DNA from: Marsupella aquatica
Taxonomy: Eukaryota; Plantae; Marchantiophyta
DNA: 64,000 bases
Direction: 5' to 3'
Assembly (NCBI GenBank): GCA_973895155.1
Contig: OZ316897.1
Span: forward strand, 13,143,375-13,207,374
The number at the start of each line of letters is the position of its first letter. Position 1 is the stretch's first letter. Under the pieces are notes generated by a model. That model saw only the letters and a program-made list of their open reading frames with translations, had not been told where the DNA came from and did no database searches. Made by a program: the position numbers and the translations under genes. Shown piece by piece: positions 61,001-64,000 of this stretch.

Positions 61001-62004
61001 TGTAATGAATTCCCCACTCTCTTCATCTTGGGCTGCTGACACACTGAACAGTTTTCTAACTTGGCATTCTCACCCCTAAAGAGCATACAACCTTTCTCAC
61101 AGACAGGGATTCTCTCATAATCCAAGCCAAGCTTTCTCAATAGCTGCTTTGCAGCATATAAGTTCTTGGGCAGATTATGCTCTGTAGGCATACCATGCTC
61201 CCCCATCAAAGACAACAATGTATTCACTCCTTTGTTTGAGAATCCATGGCCATGACAGATGTTCAGCAGAAGCAACATGAATGACACAACATCTATTTTG
61301 CTGCCTGGGAACAAAGGTTGCATTGCTGCATCTAAAGATAACTGTGCAGGATCAGTCTCCACAGGAGTTTTGGAGGTTTCAAGGGGGTTTACAGGATGGG
61401 CACCTCCTTCACTCTCATCATCCCCAAGTACAAAATCCAAGTCAAAACGGTCCTGATCATCTAGCTCATGCTCAGGGGATTCTTCATTGGTTCTCAGCAA
61501 CGTTTCTTCCAGTAGAGCCCTGATATGTTCTTCGACATCTATAGTTGGATGTTCTTGAACATCCACAGTTGGATACTCTGGAACATCCACAGTTGGATAC
61601 TCTGGAACATCTACAAATAAATGTTCTTCAACATCTACAGTTGGCTGTTGTGCACAGGTTGCCTGCTGAAGGTTTGCTACCCTCAATGCCTCAGGGCCAT
61701 GTTGTGACATGTAGTCAGCACCCCACTCTTCATCAGAAGAGTCCTGTCCCTCTCCCACCCACACTCGACATGCAGGGTACCGACCATGTTTAATAAGGTG
61801 CAGTCTAGCAGTATTCCGATTAGTCCTATAATTCCCTTTGCAGTTCACACAAGGGCAGTACATCTTATGGTCCCCACTCTTGTGGCAGGCCTTCTGTTCT
61901 CGAACCCACAAAGCATCATCACGATGTTGTACTCTAGCTGGATGGAAGAGCGGCAACTTTGGAGTTCTACCCACACCTAACGTATTCTGTGGCAATTGTG
62001 CCAT
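58011..62004 (-). CDS. CACTA transposase (Tnp2/Transposase_21 + DUF4218 + DUF4216 architecture), 3 exons, ~1219 aa, frame intact
   Basis: Exons 62004-60121, 59910-59000 and 58875-58011 (GT-AG; 3660 nt in total). Motifs MYCPCVNC, RHAADSKAWKH, EPRNVRFGLALDGVNPF, YNLPPW, WTINDYPTY, DPMHCEKN, GLKSHDFH, FPPSFFDVMTHL, WMYPIER, YVRNKARPEASMAEGY, FPKQVEQVFF. Confidence 0.93.
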
Positions 62005-62601
62005 GCTAGCTTGATTGAAATTGTATTCAAACTATGATTTTCAAACTGAATCAGAGTGACATGCATACAAAATTGGGCCTACCGTCACAGTTGTACAACC
62101 GATGCCAACCATAGACCAATTGCTCAAACCCACAGAGCCCAGTTTCTCAAATCCACTGTAGTAGGGCACCTTCTCCTTGCATACAAATAGAGCATCACAT
62201 ACAGTGTCATCAGAATGATACTATGAACGTAAATCTTTGTGCCTTCATCATTTCCAGTATTTGTTTGCCTATTAGGAATGTGAGCAGACAGGTCTGGAAT
62301 AAGTAACGTTTGTGACACCAGTGACAAATTTACAAGTGAAGTTTAGACATCAATATGGAGGAAAGTCACACTCAAAGTACATGCTTGAAAATCAGAATCC
62401 TACCCTGGAAAAGATAATAAAGTTGATTTCTCAAAATTAATTGCCTCAATCCGCAATGCACTGTCGTAGAGTGTGTATACATGAGGAGTTCATCAAACTG
62501 CATATAAATAGTCCACATGTTTTAGCACTCTGAAAATTGTTTAAGTCCACGTGAAACCATGAAAAAGCTCTATCTCAAGTTTGTGTTCGATCCAGCCTCA
62601 A

Positions 62602-63261
62602 TCAAATCCAAGATATGTGGCTCCTAGCAGGAGTGCCTAGTGTAAGGTCAATGTCATGGTCAGGACAGTAAAACATCCCCTTCTTGGGCTGCCCATGCGC
62701 TGAGTGATCCCAAATTGTTCGATCATGGGCAAATCCCCTCTGCTAGATAAACAGCAAGCAGTCCTTGTGCCATGCCTTAGGACACCTCATGCACTGAACC
62801 AAAAAGCCATTAGCCCCATCATTGGGCCCCTGTCCACAAGTAAGACAAATATGGAGTCCACATGATGCTGTGCTAGGAACCAAACACTGCTGACAGTAAA
62901 ACCGGGCACAGAGAGGGTTTGGACATTTTCTTACCTCTTCACCAATTTTTCCAGACACATGACACTTAAAGCAAGAATGTTCATCATTCTTGCAATCAAC
63001 ACAAAGCCATTCTCCAACATGGCCATCAGCCAGGGATATAGTTGGGCATAGCCATTGCTGACCCAAAGGACAGGAAACATTCTTATGGAAATGTCGGTGG
63101 CAAGGCCCATCACAAACAATGAGATCCCCTCCCTCATCACAAATCGCACATACATGTGGACTATTCTGGTTAATCTCAATGTCTGAATATAAGGACAATT
63201 GAGGTGCTTGAGAGGATTCACCTCTACAACGATTCATGGCCTTCTGCTTATTGCGAGCCAT
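62602..63261 (-). pseudogene. EDM2/NSD-type tandem PHD-finger module (~219 codons) with one premature TAG at 62743-62745
   Basis: ATG 63261. CAICDEGGDLIVCDGPCHRHFH...WLCVDC...HSCFKC...VRKC...CARFY...CGLHICLTC...QCMRCPKAWHKDCL. In frame after the TAG: QRGFAHDRTIWDHSAHGQPKKGMFYCPDHDIDLTLGTPARSHISWI-TGA(62602), matching the EDM2-family YCxxHxIDxxLGTPxRxHI tail. Confidence 0.8.
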
Positions 63262-64000
63262 GGTCCTGCACACTCAGACCTACATCAGATTGTGAAACAC
63301 GAAGGAATAACAGGGTGCAGCATGACACAAAGGAATGAGGGTGCAGCATAAAATATGACATGTAACCACAAGGGTGCAGCATAAACCAATGCTTTATGGA
63401 TGGCAAAGCATTTAGGGCTGAGCAGAGCCCTAACCTTGGCCTATGATTGGAAGCAATCACAAATATTGCAACCTGTATGCCTTCGCTTGTTGTACAGCAG
63501 TGCTCACTCACCCTGCCTTTTTAAAATCTGTAAGGGCAACACAGAACAAATAGCAATTGAGTTTCAGCAAAGCATTCATTTGGCTCTCAGGTTTTAAAAT
63601 GGACAAACAAACACAAGGATGTGCACAACAAAGCACAGAGAGCAACAAAACTCCAGCAAACTGGGACTCAGGCAAGAGACACGAATTTTAGCAGCAAAAT
63701 CAAATCAAGATAATTCGGACCTGTAAGTTCAACATGCAGTGCTCACTCACCCTGCCCTTTTTTAAATCTGTAAAAACCAAGTTTTATTGCGTGCCTTCTA
63801 CATCTTAAGCTGCTGCACACATCTGTTACAGAACCATAAGTTGCTTTACTCTCAACAAGCTAGCTGCTGGTCCACCCACTTTTTCAAACTGCTGGTCCAC
63901 CCACTTTTTCAAAAGCTGCACTGTACTCTATCTTCGTGCAGTCGTGGCATTACCGGGCTGCTGTCAGAGACCCTTACAAAGAATTTAAAATTGACCAAGC

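Larger units (their letters stand above)
53673..64000 (-). mobile_element. CACTA (En/Spm) DNA transposon; one terminus in the window, extends beyond 64000
   Basis: Terminus CACTAGTAGAAAA at 53673, preceded by TAT. The subterminal region 53690-54400 is dense in aatgac/gtcatt motifs in both orientations. Transposase and TnpA-like genes are on the - strand. Confidence 0.9.

Noticed and set aside
47394-62745. Alternative genetic code (TAA/TAG = Gln) or U-to-C editing to explain the several in-frame TAA/TAG codons
   Set aside because: Conserved host genes end at TAG/TAA at the expected C-termini (PGM PTVIT-TAG; GDSL and APH1 TAA), and plant U-to-C editing is organellar. C>T decay is the simpler explanation.

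Overview
Eukaryotic land-plant nuclear DNA with GT-AG spliceosomal introns. Gene content and style suggest a non-seed plant such as a liverwort, but this is inference only. The first ~47 kb is gene-rich. It holds a TIC32-like short-chain dehydrogenase (8 exons, -), an intronless cytosolic phosphoglucomutase (+), a GDSL lipase/esterase (5 exons, +), gamma-secretase subunit APH1 (6 exons, -), a VOC/glyoxalase-like gene (3 exons, +), an intronless bacterial-type Orn/Lys/Arg decarboxylase with an N-terminal extension (+), and an intronless receptor kinase joining an LRR ectodomain to a WAK-type kinase (-), next to an internally deleted paralogue. Tandem arrays, MITEs, hairpins and a solo LTR lie between the genes. 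The last ~16 kb is a nest of DNA transposons: a decayed SWIM/MULE element containing a MITE, into whose 3' repeat array a CACTA (En/Spm) element has inserted (terminus CACTAGTAGAAAA at 53673). The CACTA has an apparently intact 3-exon, ~1219-aa transposase and a TnpA-like gene with two nonsense codons. The most interesting feature lies just upstream of the transposase on the same strand: a stand-alone EDM2-like multi-PHD histone-reader ORF whose homology runs through one premature TAG. This is a candidate transposon-borne chromatin-reader (anti-silencing or targeting) module. All family assignments are from motif recognition by eye; no database searches were run.
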